The notes under the pieces were generated by a model. The model had not been told where the DNA came from. It made no database searches and worked only from the letters and a program-made list of their open reading frames with translations. A stretch of DNA of 64,000 nt, from assembly GCF_036321535.1 (NCBI RefSeq), contig NC_087436.1:113460001-113524000 (forward strand), given 5' to 3'. The stretch comes from Camelus dromedarius. Taxonomy: Eukaryota. A program made the position numbers and the translations under genes. This document shows positions 25,016 through 38,183 of the stretch, in pieces. How positions within the stretch are numbered: position 1 is the first letter of the stretch; each line of letters opens with the position of its first letter.

Positions 25016-25289
25016 CTTCTGTCCTGTCTGCCACTGCATGGTTCTTGGTCAGTCTAGGGATTGGCTGCTCTTGGACTAGAGTCCCATCCTGGTCCATCTA
25101 ACTGTGGCCACGGTATCAGGATCACATGCTGAACTTCTCTCAGAAAGTCCTGTGGACGTGGGAGGTTCCCAGTATGTGGTAAACTCTCTTACATCAGTAT
25201 TACTTGTTTAACTTTGTTTAACTCTGAGAACTTACTACATTAAAAGGAAAGATATAAAAATATAAATTAGGAGATGACTAATACTGCAA

Positions 25290-25640
25290 GAGAAGTATAA
25301 AAAATATGATTTGGGGGTTCAGAGACAAGAAATGTTGGTTCCAAGTGGGAGTGGAAAGGAAGGCTTTTTAGATCATATGATGTTTGAACTGAGCCTTTCA
25401 AGGATGATGGAACTTGGAGATGTAGAAATAGAGGGGATGGTGTTTAAGGTACAAAGAACAAGAGCTGGAAAAACAATATGGACTAGAGAAAGTGTGGGCT
25501 AGGTATGGAGCAAAAGTGTGGACTAGGTATGGAGTTAGCACCTCTTTTAATTGGAGTAGAAGGTATGTGACAGGGAAGAGTTGATTGTATTATCAAGGAA
25601 AGTCACAGAGGACCTTGGGTGTAAAAATGAGGTGGCTGGA
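25290..25640 (-). mobile_element. L2 fragment
   Basis: ggaaggctttttagatcatatgatgtttgaactgagcc. Confidence 0.55.
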
Positions 25641-26514
25641 ATACACCACACTGCTTTTCTCTGTTGCTATTACCAAATAAAAGTGAAATACAAGTTTATA
25701 TGGCTGTATTATCTGTGTCATTACATGGGTCTATTTGAATAGAATATTGCAAACTTATGACAATAAGTCTGTGTTAAGGTTCTTGACCTTCTCCATCCTT
25801 TTAAGTAGATGATGTTACTATGTATATTAATTTCTTGCACTAAATAGTGTCAATAACATGAGGCAGATCACTGGTGAGAATAAGACTGGGGTGAATCTGG
25901 AGACCTGGGTGCTAGTCTCTGCTTGGTCACCAACTCAAGGATTGACTTGAGGAATGTCATCTCTTTGCCAACTCGGCCCATCCTCACATCTGTCATCTTG
26001 CACGGTGGCTATTTGATGGTTGCTTTCCTAGCCTTTCCAAGTCTATAATCATGTACATAGAATCTCTCCAACTTTATTTCAAGCAAAGTCATTCATTTTG
26101 GGGTGCTGGCAAAGAACAAAGAGCTCCATGCTGGCATGTATAAACTCCCTTCAGGAACTCGCTACTACTGGAGGCATTGCCAAGGCTCGTTCATGGGTGA
26201 TGGTGGATGAGAGTTCTGGTCAGTTTAACTTTTGTTGTTGTTGTTAAAGTGAAGATTAACTAGAAAAACCTATTTAAACTCTTGCTGTTAGTAATACATT
26301 TCAAATGTTCTTGTTAACTTTTTTGACCGAAGAAGCACGGTTTTAAAAAATAAGAAACTAGGTGTTAAGGACTATGTATGTGCCAACCTGTGAGATAATC
26401 ACTGTGAAACATCATCATCATCATAGCTGTCATTTATTGAACATTTATTCTCTGCCAGGTACTGTTCAGAGATCTTTACATGCACAATCTCGTTCAATGT
26501 TCCCAAGAAACATA

Positions 26515-26672
26515 NNNNNNNNNNNNNNNNNNNNNNNNNNNNNNNNNNNNNNNNNNNNNNNNNNNNNNNNNNNNNNNNNNNNNNNNNNNNNNNNNNNNNN
26601 NNNNNNNNNNNNNNNNNNNNNNNNNNNNNNNNNNNNNNNNNNNNNNNNNNNNNNNNNNNNNNNNNNNNNNNN
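26515..26672. other. Assembly gap (158 N) at the 5' part of an MLT1 LTR
   Basis: N run; the left flank is MIR-like and the right flank starts inside MLT1. Confidence 0.95.
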
Positions 26673-26995
26673 CCAAGATGGGCCATGAAACCAATGGAAA
26701 ATGTCCTTGTAAGAGACACACAGAGGGGAGATATATAGAGAAGAACAAAAGGCCATGTGACATTAGAGGCAGAGATTGCAGTGATGTGGCTACGAGTCAG
26801 GGAACATCCTGTACCACCAAAAGATGGAGGAGGCAAGGAACAGATAATTTCCTACAATCTTCAGAGAGAGAACAGCCCAGTCAACACTTTAATATGAGGC
26901 TTCAGATCTTCAGAACTGTAAGAGAATAAATCTCTGTTGGTTTAAGCCACTGAGTTTGTAGTAACTTGTTATAGCAGCCAAAAGAAACTAATACA
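26673..26995 (+). mobile_element. MLT1B/C MaLR LTR (5' end in gap), inserted into a MIR
   Basis: gaggcagagattgcagtgatg...cagaactgtaagagaataaatctctgttggtttaagccactgagtttgtagtaacttgttatagcagcc...aactaataca. Confidence 0.9.
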
Positions 26996-27164
26996 CACTT
27001 TTTGACAAATATGAAATCAAGGCATAGAAGGGTCAATTAAACTTACCTAAGATCCCATAGTTGGTAAGTGATGTTACATGAGATTAACCCAGGCAGTTAT
27101 AGAACATGCTTTCAATCTTGATAGAATATTGCACCTCATAACTCTCTCTTCATAGAGATCAACT

Positions 27165-27790
27165 ACCAGTTACAACACCCTCTGAAAAGTGCTTTGAAAA
27201 CATAGGGCAAACATACAGTGCTATGGAAACATATTAGTGGCATATAACCCAGCTTTGGGGGAATAAGGATCAAGGACTTCACCCTAGAGGAAATGATGGA
27301 TATTGTGCTGATTTTTAATGACGAAGATAATTTCCCAGAAAATAAAGTAGGGCAAGTTTTCCAATCAGAGATATCAACCACAGAGGATGAGAAAGAGCAA
27401 AGCACCTTTAGAGAACTAGAGTAGTTAGACATGGTCCAGGGAAGTTCTGGAAGAAACATGGGAGATATGGTAGAAGATCGAAGTGAAGAACAGCTGATGG
27501 TGGACTTTTGTGCCAGGCTAGAGATCGTAGACACGTCAGACAGTTGGAGAGGTTGGAGAACTCAGTGCAGGTGTTCTGTGATTAGATCAGTATCTTACAG
27601 ACTTACGATGGAAAGCATCCTGGAAGATAGAATAGAGCGGGTTGACAGCTGAGGCAGACTGTCCTGCAGCAATAAATGGGATGTGTAAGAGCACTGAAGA
27701 TGATGGCAGAAGGGAGAAAGCACATATAAGGAGACATTATTAGGAGGTGACATGAGTAGGATTCAATAACTGATAAGATGTCAAGGGCAG
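27165..27790 (-). mobile_element. L2 fragment
   Basis: gtgctatggaaacatattagtggcatataacccagc..., ggtggacttttgtgccaggctag, ataaatgggatgtgtaagagcactg. Confidence 0.6.
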
Positions 27791-30296
27791 GAGGAAGGAG
27801 GAGCATGGGCTGCCTTGCAGGTTTCCGGTTTGGGGGGCTGCTCATACAAGAAATAAAGGAGGTACACAGCTGGGGGTTGTATTGGGCAGGAGTGGGTTTG
27901 GAGATAGTGAGTGTTGAATAAATATTTCACTGATGGCCAAGGACCTTGCATGGTTTTTATTCTGAATCCATGAGCATCTACAAATTGATCATGGCTTTGG
28001 AACCACATTGTTGTACATGTTAAATTTGCAATGTTCTCCGAGAGAAGGAGGAAGAAGGGAACCAACACTGACTACACACCACAGGTTGAATGTCCAACTT
28101 ACATTATCTTATTTGATTCCCCAAATAAGACTTCCAGATCAATGTTATCCATGTTTGATAAATGAGGAAGCCAATTAAACTATTAAAATGATTAAGTAAC
28201 TGGACCAATGTCACAGGGTTCGTCAATGCCTGGGAAGCTCTGACTTTAGACCCCATCTTCTCTTAGGCTCCCTTTTGGACTTACAGGCAGACTGCTCTTT
28301 GAGTCACACCTTCCCCATTTATTAGCTGCCTGCCCTTTGGGAATTTGCTTGACTTCTCTATGCCTCAATTTTAACAGCTGTCAAAAGAGGGTGAAAATAA
28401 TAGTGCCTGTTCTCCCTAACTCAAATAAGAGTCTATAAGTGAAATTTCTGCAATGGTAGAAACCCAGAAAAATATGAGTAACGATTTATGTGATTAGCCT
28501 AGACTTTTCAAATTTTATATTTTGAGATAATCCCTGACTTCAGCAAGTTCTCTGGTGATTTTCTGATTTTTCGCTAAAAGTGTACCAGCATAAGTTTTCT
28601 AGTTAACAGCGTTTTTAAAAATTGGAGCTTATTTAAATATTCATATCCAAATCACTCCAAGCAGTTTCTAAATGTGCATCTCTAAAATCCTATAAAAACG
28701 CACTCCATTGATAACGGGTTCTTATTGGCCATGTGAAGACCAGATCTTTCCATTTGCCTCATGAAAGTTGTCCAGAGACAGACATACTTACATTAAACTG
28801 GGAGGCGATAACTAGAAGAAATTTCCAGCACCTCAATTGAGCAATACAGGTTTGATTCCTTTTAGAATATAAGTACCAAGTAGGTGTGGATTGATTCTCA
28901 GTAATTCTGCAAACTCCAGTATGCAGCGCAGCTCTGTGTCTTCAATGTAGAAAATAGGTGTTTACTTGGTGCGGTTTCCTTAGCTCTACAACAATAAGGT
29001 GGCGTTGGTTTATCCTAACCTCTCTCCTAAGACTAATTTTTATTTTTGCCTCGAAAAGCCCAGCATATGGAAAGAAAGAGAGTTATAAAAACAGCCAGAC
29101 AACCAGAGATAAAAGCTAGTAGCACTTTCTAAAAGGCATGGGTGTATGTGTGTGTGATATAAAGCAACACCATCTTCTGTTACATCTTTAAAAAATCATG
29201 TGAAGTGGGAACAGAGGAGAAATGCTGAGAAGACAGTTGTATAGTTAGCAGAACAGATCTCTTTTCTCAGAACGAATAAACTGTCTCCATTACACAACTC
29301 TGTGAAGTCCCTATCAGGATGATGAAGACAGTAGGGTACAGTGGAAGGAAAAGTAGCCTGGTAACCAAGATGATTTTTCTTTTTTTGGTCTTAAGCTAGT
29401 TGGTGTTAGATTTTTATTATACGCAAATGAAAGATCCGTGTGCCTAGAAAAAGAAATCCTAATCCTAATGCCATGGAATAGGTCATCTAAATCTTTTAAG
29501 TAATTCTGATTGAATCTCTGGGAGCCAGTTGTCAAAATGAGCCAATCACTTAGGCCAGGGTGAGAGCATCCCCGCGTTGGCTGGGCCTGGGTTATTTGTT
29601 CACTCTAGTAGCTGTGGGGAAAGGAGTAGTTGTCTCTTCCTAATTCACAGTGATATGGTTTTCCACGGGAAAGATAGGCTTTGTTTTCAGAAGAAGGGGA
29701 CATGAGTGCTGGACAGACAAGAACAACAGACTCCCACTGTATCTTTCTTACCCATCAGTCTTAGCATTAAGGACACTTCAGTATCCAAGATCATGTCTGT
29801 GGTTTCCACCAGGTTCCCCCACACACACACTGGCTCCCACCCTCCTCACTCCCATGCCACTGCAGACTCTTCGTCACTGAGGACTCATCCCACGTCACTG
29901 TCTCTAAGGCGCCTTCTTGGGCAGCTCGTATCCTCAAAGGCTCTCGTACAGTGCGTGCTTCATAGGTCACCAGTTCAGCATAGCCCATGGGGCCTGCATC
30001 TCATTCAATCCCCTTTTCCAGGCCATTTGCCTCCCACAATGTCTCTCTCATTTCTTCCTTCTTCCCTTTCTCATCACCACCTTCATTTCTTCTCAGTTGG
30101 ATGGCTGAATAGTTTTTAGCTCTCTGCCTCCACTCTAATTTCCCTTTCATCTGCCATTTCCTTCAGGGTGATCTTCCCCAAAGCACACAGCCCTGACCAC
30201 GTCAATACCTTTTTTAAAAACTGATAGGGTCAAGTGGAAAGGCCGAGCCGAGTGAGATGGAGACCTGGTATGTGCTGGAGATTTCTTTCTCAACAG

Positions 30297-30438
30297 CTGA
30301 CAGCTCACCTCAGATCCAGCCCAAAAGGTCCACAGGGAAATACTGCAGCAAAGTTAGAATCAGTCAATAGATATTTCAGTAGCTGTGTTAACAGGGTACA
30401 AGAGTGGGAAGCTACCAGACCTGGAGTGGGGAATAGAG
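30297..30438 (+). other. Exon-shaped segment (unverified); overlaps an antisense exon-shaped segment 30309-30420
   Basis: Plus: atttctttctcaacAG|...AATAGAG|GTaagg, with one open frame. Minus: ctcctTacctctattccccactccAG|...CTGAG|GTgagc. I recognise no protein. Confidence 0.15.
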
Positions 30439-32540
30439 GTAAGGAGTAAGCAAGGACCAAGACAAATGAGGTAAGAGGAACCCCCCAATGTTTCAAAAGA
30501 AGGAAACACAGGGTTTCATACAAATAGTCATGCTTGGCAGGTTTGAGTTGTTTTTAAAGAAAGAGGCATGGCCCCGCCCACTGGGACTGCGGTGTGCCTT
30601 GACTGTGCTTGAGTATCCAGGTAAATTTATTTACTTGTTCACTAAGCAAATATCTATTAAGTAGCTACCATGTGCCAAGCATTGTGCACCAGAGAAGGTT
30701 GCACATAGGAGCCTTGGAGGGTGATTATGGTTGACCGACCCAGCTGGACACGGGCAGGAGGAAGGGACATATTTTTGAGCTTTATTTCCCGCACATCTAG
30801 CTGTGTGCCTCCCCCCCAGTAGGTATTCAAAGCAGGTTTACTGAATTGAAAACCAGTTCATGCCACTATGGACTGATCTATGGACTCAGAGAGACTAAGG
30901 AATTAGTCATAAGCATCTTTAGTGAGCAAACAAGATAATATGTTCATGGCCAAAAAAATACATCTTAGGGGTTGTCCAACTTTGCTCTGTCCTGCTTAGT
31001 AACTAGAACCTAAATTCCCTCGATGTGTCTTTTTTTTCTCTTTCTTACTTTCCTCATTTTTCTTTCTACAAAGTTCTCATTAACACATTTTAACGAGCAT
31101 AAATGAGGACTCCATGTCCCAAGAAAGAGAAAAGCCAAGCAGCGGGTGCAGAGAGAGAGAGACAGAAAATAAGTAATTATCACTGTAGGTTTTTATACGT
31201 CAGGGCCATCCCTGAGTCCCACGTTGCTTGCCAGCTCTGCAGAAGATGACTCCTAACTGCATGAGAAAGATGAGACTGGTGATAAAAGCACAGATAAAAA
31301 TAGAGATATGGTATAGATGTGGATAGCAATATGGATATAAATACAATCTCCCTGTTGTATCTTCAAGTCTGCGCCATTCATTTGGTTTCCCTTTGTCCTC
31401 TTGCGTGTTATTTTGACATACACTTAAAATAAAAGAACCTCAGAAACCGTAAGAGATGCCTGCATGTGATTCTCCTGTCACCCCTGTGAGATCCTGGGCC
31501 TTGGCAATGTTGGCTTTGTGTGTTTAACCTCTCCCATCAGTTCCAGAACTCTAACACATGGGCAGGTCTGGCCTATCAAAGCCCAGATCAGGGATGCAGG
31601 AAGAGATTTGATACAGCCCCCTACACCCGTCTCTGCCACATGAGCTGCTCTTGTTCCAGACCCTGTTCCCTCAGGTCTTCATGGCCTTGATCTCCACTGA
31701 AGGCACAGATGGTTGTGAACCTTCTGGACCTGTGGTCACCCAATTCTCTTTTCTTTTAATTCCCACTGCAGTCCTGTGAGGCAGGAGTGGATTTCTTTAG
31801 GTTGTTAGTTTATAACATTTTTGAATCTGTGACCCCCCCTCTTTTAGAGTCAACATTGTCTACTAACTATATTTTTAGTATTCATTCAATGAAAAAGTCA
31901 CAATGAGCACCATCTATCCTGAGCTCACTAACTCTTATGTTGATATACATAATAATAACAAAACATTAAAAATGTCCAACATGCATTTGGCACTTACAAC
32001 ATGCCAGGCATGGAGCCAAACATTTTATGGTGATTCTCTTATCTGAAGCACAGGACAACCCTATGGGGCATATTTTCTGATTGGCTCCATTTTACAGATT
32101 GGAAAACTGAGCCTTTGAGACAGATGAAGTACTTTGCTCAAGCTCACACATTTTATAAACAGCAGCAGAAGAACTGAAACCCAGCATTCTTAACCATGAT
32201 GTGGTATAGACGCTCATTTGAAAAAAGTGAGAGACATCTACAATCGGTTGGCAGATCCTCGTTGAAGACCAGAGGATTGCCTTGGGCTAAATGAGATAAT
32301 GTGCATAGAGAAATCACACAGTGCCTGGTACACTCAGCAAATGTTATTCACAAGGATAGTGAATGTCTTTGTCTCTTACTGCTAAAATTTTTTTGAAGTG
32401 ATCTTTTTATGATTATTGTAGAGGCTGGGGACCAAGATGCCAATAGCCTTGGAGCTGTGGCCTTGATGACAGGGATGAACCAGCTGGGGTGATGTGGGAT
32501 GGTGCTGTGACCCTTGGTGTTGGCATTCTTGATCTCACAG

Positions 32541-32669
32541 TCAGTGTCTGGGTCCTTGGGCAGTGGTATCAAAGGTCTTTTCATGGACAAGAGGGATAAA
32601 GTGTCCACTTTGGCACCTTTGGTGACCAGTAATAGTGGGGCTGTGATCCAGAAAGAACAAGAGAAAAAG
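32541..32669 (+). other. Exon-shaped 129-nt phase 0/0 segment (unverified)
   Basis: ttcttgatctcacAG|TCA...AAG|GTaaaa; open frame SVSGSLGSGIKGLFMDKRDKVSTLAPLVTSNSGAVIQKEQEKK; not recognised. Confidence 0.2.
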
Positions 32670-33479
32670 GTAAAAGTCTGGTCATTGTCAGAGCACCTGT
32701 GAGACACCCTCCGAGGACCTGGAAAAGCTCTTCAGGGGGCACTTGAAAGGGGTGGGTGCGGGAGGCTGAAGTTCATGTGGATCCTCTTTCTCTCAGGCTG
32801 GATTGGCCCAGAGCACAGTTATATATTGCAATTATCCGTGAGGTTTGTGTAAATTTCTTCTTCCAACTAAGTGGTGGATAAGATGGCCTGGAGAAATTTT
32901 GTGCTATGGAGTATCCAGGTGTTGACAAAACAAACAATCAAACAAACCCACACTTTGTTTCTGAGTCCCCAAGAAAGGAAGGACTTTCTTAAAGGACAAG
33001 CCTGCAAACTAACAAGCCATGAGTTGAAAGCAGAGAGATGAGTAATCACGTCACCAGAGTCATCCTGGGTAAAATGACTCAGCGAGGTACACCTGAAGCT
33101 TTGAGGGTTCTTGATCACATAGACTATGAATAAATGGATCTGGAGCTCAAGCAATAGGGGGGATAATGGACTTGAGATCCCCTCATAAACCATGACACTG
33201 TAAGTGTCTATAAAGTCAGTGAATAGATGGACTAAAAAAAAAATCTGCCTGCAACTAACAAGAAAAGTGTTTTTGTCTTTGCTGTGACTCTGGGTAGAAC
33301 TTAATGATAATACTTGTCTCCCCTGGAGTTTGTTAGCTCCAGTCCAGGTCTGTTCTCATGTGGACCTAGGATTATTCTGTACCATCCATGGCATCAGGAA
33401 AAATGAAGCCAAAAAATTAAAGTGGCCCCAGCTTGAGAACAGTCCCTGGTGTCCAGAAATGCCATATGTAAATTCTCTT

Positions 33480-33815
33480 AAGGTGTCAGCATCTTCAGCT
33501 CAGAGCCTTCAGGATGCCCGCAGGTTAACTTCAGCCAAATATAAACTCCTAAAGAAAGATGATCAGGTACCTGCAGGAGCAGACCATCATGAGGGACAGT
33601 CAGCAGACACATTCTTGAGATTATCAGATGCAGATATGCTACCTAAAACTGTCGTATTTGAAGAAGTAAAAGCTGGAATAAAGACAGCAACAACAACAAA
33701 AAAGTGACTATCAGTCATGACCAAGCAGATTGGGTAAAAGAATGAAAGGGAATTTCTGGAGATAAAATATAATTATTGAAATTAAAATCCAGTGGATGGC
33801 TTAAAGAAGAGATGG
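33480..33815 (+). mobile_element. L1ME 5'/ORF1 N-terminal fragment
   Basis: accatcatgagggacagtcagcaga...gagattatcagatgcaga...gactatcagtcatgaccaagcagatt...attgaaattaaaatccagtggatggcttaaa. It explains most of ORF 33330-33707. Confidence 0.7.
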
Positions 33816-35350
33816 ATCATAATGATGATCTGACAGCTGGCAGGTAGGTATTACTCACTGTGTGCTTGGCACTCTTCTAAGCTCTTTGCAACCACGCTCG
33901 AAAAAAGGGGGAGTGAATTAGAAATTAGATTTAGACAAATTACCTTTACAGAGACAGATAGGAAATATGAATGCAATGCTGTGTCTCAAATTTACTTGTG
34001 CCGTATCTTAGACGTGTTATAGTGCCCATATGAACCTCAGTTTCCTCAGCCGTAAAACAGAAAGACGGGAGGCCGTTTATCTAGAATGTCTGGATTTGGT
34101 GTATTTCTTTGTAGGACTATTTCTGGAGTTTAAGTTTATCAACACTGAACAATTAAAAAAATAATTAAGAGAGAGAGAGACTGGCTTGATCCTTCCTCAA
34201 TCAATATTTACTGGGTACATTCTTCTGGGACATTTTCTTGGCTTTTAAGAAACTCCCTTATTAAGGATATTTAGAAATTGGATGTCTAGTTGCACAGTTG
34301 TAATTCAATGCTTCAAAATCGTTTTTTTATTGTCCCAAACCATGTAAATGACCAAGAACCCTGATGGCTTGCAGGAGAATGCATTGAGATATCACACAGC
34401 AAGTATTTTCAGTCCACTGAATCCCATTATTCCCGTGCATGGTGAGCTGTGGCAAACTCATGTATTACTAGTAGGTAATTTAATAAATGGATGATCATTA
34501 ACAATCCTATTATTTAGAACAACTGTATTGCTTGGGCACTTCTAATATTTAGAATCCTGGTTGGGGGGCGGGGAGGGGAACCCAGTTCCATACTGGACTA
34601 CTACCCATTTAATGAGACTGATCTGACAATTGAAGAGGTAATGGAAATACAGTTAATTGTAAATGGTAGGTACTTAACCCTCTCAATGTTCCTCGTTTGC
34701 AAACAACAGAAAGAAACTCTGGCTTATTGACGCAGAGAATGAATTAAATTGAAGGCTCACAGAATTGATGCGAGGACTTGGAAAATGGGGCCAAAGTTGA
34801 CAAGGCCCAAATACCAGACCGTGACAGGCTCAGCTGGCTAGGATGCCCGCTTTTCTCCGAACTGGTCACTTACCATCCACACCGTTGGATTCCTGTATCA
34901 GTGTCTTTGACACATAAGCTCTACCACCCCGGTGCCTCTAAGTCATCCCTTCAAGGTTCACGGTCCTGAGGGGTCAGGGTTGTGATCATCACCTCGTCAT
35001 GCACAGATCTTGTGCTCTTTCCCTCAATACACAGAAGTGGGGAAGCAACTGCTCTCCTTTGGCTTCTGTCCCTGGAGATGCTGCCCTCCTCCCACTTTTC
35101 TTGGCATTCTCAGAAAAGGAAGGGCGTCTGCATGCCAGGCAGCCATGGAAGTTCAGGCACCACCAGAGCTCCCAGAATCTTTATTCCCTCAAATCAATAG
35201 CTGGTGGGAGTACTGGAGTTTAATAAATGTAGAATTTAAAAAGGATCTAATCTTAATGAATTAAGTCTTTCTTCTCTGGCACCAGTGGTCTATTAAATAT
35301 TTTTCCTAAAAATTGTATTTTTTATTTGCAAAAATAAGTCATTCATAAGA

Positions 35351-35556
35351 GGAGGGATCCTTGCAGTGATAGAAATGTTCTGCACCTTGACTGCATCAAT
35401 GTCAATATCCTAGTTGTGATGTACTATAATTTCGCAAGATGTTACCATTGGGGGAAACTGGATAAAGGGTACATGTAGAATCTTTCTGTATGATTTATTA
35501 CAACTGCATGTGAATTTATAATTATCTAAAAATAAAAAGTTTATTTTTTTAAAAAA
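35351..35556 (+). mobile_element. L1MC1/2-type 3' terminus
   Basis: tgtcaatatcctagttgtgatgtactataatttcgcaagatgttaccattgggggaaactggataaagggtaca...caactgcatgtgaatttataattatctaaaaataaaaagtt. Confidence 0.9.
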
Positions 35557-36319
35557 AGTCATGCTTGTTGTTGAAAAAAAATCAAACACTATAGAAAATT
35601 CTTTTCATCAACTCCAACTCACCTGAAGTAGAAATAACATTTTAATACACATACACACACACACACACATGCCTATAATGTGGTTTCCTACAGAAAAAAA
35701 TATATAAACAAAAAATGTATTTCAATAAACTTTTTGCAACACGCTCTTTTCACTCAACAGCATATACAAGCAACTTTCTATGCACAATGACTTCTAATCT
35801 CTTTTGTGAGTGTGTGGCTTCCTGAGTTTTCCAGATCTCTCTCTCTCTCTCTTTTCCCCTGTAGGCTGTGAGCTCCTTGGCAGACAGGACCTTCACTGCT
35901 GCATCTTTAGCACATAGCTGCATGCCCCACACACAGTGGGTCCCAATGTAAGTGTATAGTATGTCAGGAAGACCATATTGTCCTCAAAGAAACAAACAGC
36001 CCAATGAGAGCAATACAGTGTATAGTAATATCTCGCTAAGGGCAAGCCTTAAGATGCCCAGGAACCAGGGTTTCAATTTGACCTTAGAAGGGGACCTGAA
36101 AATCTCATTGCCTTCTCTAGCTGGCATCCTCTAGCCATTTCTGCCCTGGGACTCCCTGACTCATTACTACATTGGCTTCAGGAACATACTCCTTTTCCCT
36201 GTCTCTCGGCTCAGTAAATGGAAAACCGCTGTCTGTCTTGCACTGGGTTGCATTGCTGCTAGTCTTTGAAGTTTAATTTCAGAAAGTAAGAGGCCAATGC
36301 CAAAGGTACCTTTTTGTTT

Positions 36320-36960
36320 TGGTACAATTCCACAAACATTTGCTCAAAAGCCTACTATGTCTCCGTAGGTGCTGATGACAGAAATGAATTCAATCACCAG
36401 TAACAAAATACTAAGCATTTTTGAAACACCTTCTGCATCCATAGAAGAGGCCATTCCAAGGTAAGATGTGGTCTCTGCCCTTTCGCAGGTTAAAATTTCC
36501 TGGAAAAGATACAAGTAGATTACTACAAACACGGAAAGAAAATAGCTTGAGTGTTATAGCAAAGGTGTAAACACTGTGTTCGGAGAATATTGAGGTGGTA
36601 ACAATTTTGTTCACCTTGGTCCCTGTGCAGAAAAATTGACTTAAAGCATTACAGAATCACTATATATACATATAAAATGAAGCAGAGGAATACATCATCC
36701 TATCTATCTATCTATCATCTGTCTGTCTCATTAGAGCACAGAGGAAAAGGAGGATAGTTTGTCTTGGTTGTTCTGGGAGCAGGAGGAACAACTGGCTTCA
36801 GGGTGAAGGTAGCGCTTGCAAAGTATTGTCATCAACGAATAGAATTCACTAGAGATACTGGGGATGATGAGAGAACAGCATGTGCAAAAGCAAGTACGGG
36901 GCATGATACAGATGGTGTTTGGCAAAGTCAAGTATCTAGTGTTATTGTAGCATGGATATG
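36320..36960 (-). mobile_element. L2 fragments
   Basis: caaacatttgctcaaaagcctactatgt; aacagcatgtgcaaaagc. Confidence 0.55.
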
Positions 36961-37099
36961 AACTTCAGATTAAATAGCAATCTCCAAAAACTTGCTCCCT
37001 GGGAGAAATGAATCGTTCCTCCATTCCATTTTTATTGAGAGCCTCCTCTAGTCAGAATGGAAAACACTCAGGTCCTTGGGTCGTGTTTAACCTTTACCT

Positions 37100-37270
37100 G
37101 ATGCTGTCCTAAGTGTTTTTCGTATATTAAATAAACCTCATGCTTACAGCACTCTGTGATACACTACTATACTATAGCACTCCCGTTTTACACATGGAGA
37201 GATTAAGACACAAAGAGGTTAAATGGTTTGATCACACAGCTGGTGAGCAGTGGAGACTTCAGTCCAGGAA
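37100..37270 (-). mobile_element. MIR SINE
   Basis: cccgttttacacatggagagattaagacacaaagaggttaaatggtttgatcacacagctggtgagcagtggag. Confidence 0.75.
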
Positions 37271-37875
37271 GTCTAGCAGTGATGTCCACTCTTCACCATG
37301 ACACCATCCTGCCATATGCAGGGCTGTGTGCCATGTCCTGGAGGTAGAGGTGGCCATGGGCATGATTTTACCTTTTATCCCATCCCTGAGAGCTTGCCTT
37401 CTTGGGGGAAAATATTGAATAGGCAATAATAGGCACAACATTAAGTGTAAATCAGGGGATTCTGACATGGTCTGCAGTGGGGATGGGACTGAGGATCAGG
37501 AAGCTGTACATGAGCAAGTGACAGTGATGCTGTGGCCTGTAGGATGAGTAGGTGTTATCCAGGCGAAGAGGATGGAGAATGTAGGGAGAGGTCTGTTCCT
37601 AGACCAGAAATCCTCCTATGTGTAGACCTTAAGGCAAGAAGAAGCAGGCCTCTCTTCAATAAATAAGCAGAAAGAAGGCTGGTGTGACCCAAGAACAGCA
37701 TTAGGGGAGTGTCTCTCAATTCATAGGTGGTGAGGAGGAGGTGCTGGATTTTGCAGGGTCTCTGTCAGGATTGTGATCTTCTATCCTAAGAGGAATGGGA
37801 ATCATCTGAGCAGTTCTAAGCAGGGAGTTGGCATGAATTGCACTTGAAAACACTTACTCAGCCTGCTATTTGAAG

Positions 37876-37880
<5 letters not shown>

Positions 37881-37929
<49 letters not shown>

Positions 37930-37949
37930 ACGTGTGCATGTGTGTGTGT
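37881..37949. repeat. (TG)24 microsatellite with alternating purine/pyrimidine extension
   Basis: Directly visible; lies within an L2 fragment (~37440-38150, -). Confidence 0.97.
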
Positions 37950-38183
37950 CTGGTGGGGTGGGCAGGAAAGGAGAGAAAAAGTGGCCTCCAGGAGCTCTTG
38001 GAGGAGACTGAGGTAGTCATGATGGTGGCTTGGATGGTGTGGTGGCTGTGAGATGGAGAGAGAAGCAGAGACTCAGGAGAGATTTTGAAGATAGACTCCC
38101 ATGAAATATGGTGACTGATTGGACATGGGGACCAAAGAAGACGAGTTTGCCTGAGATGATTCCAAATTTCACGACTCTCTGGA

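Noticed and set aside
28830-28960. Minus-strand protein-like frame PIFYIEDTELRCILEFAELLRINPHLLGTYILKGIKPVLLN
   Set aside because: It is bounded by stops, has no acceptor, and the nearby GTAAGT donor is out of reach in frame. I do not recognise it.
33330-33707. 125-aa ORF with a protein-like C-terminus
   Set aside because: Its 3' half is degenerate L1ME ORF1 sequence, not a host gene.
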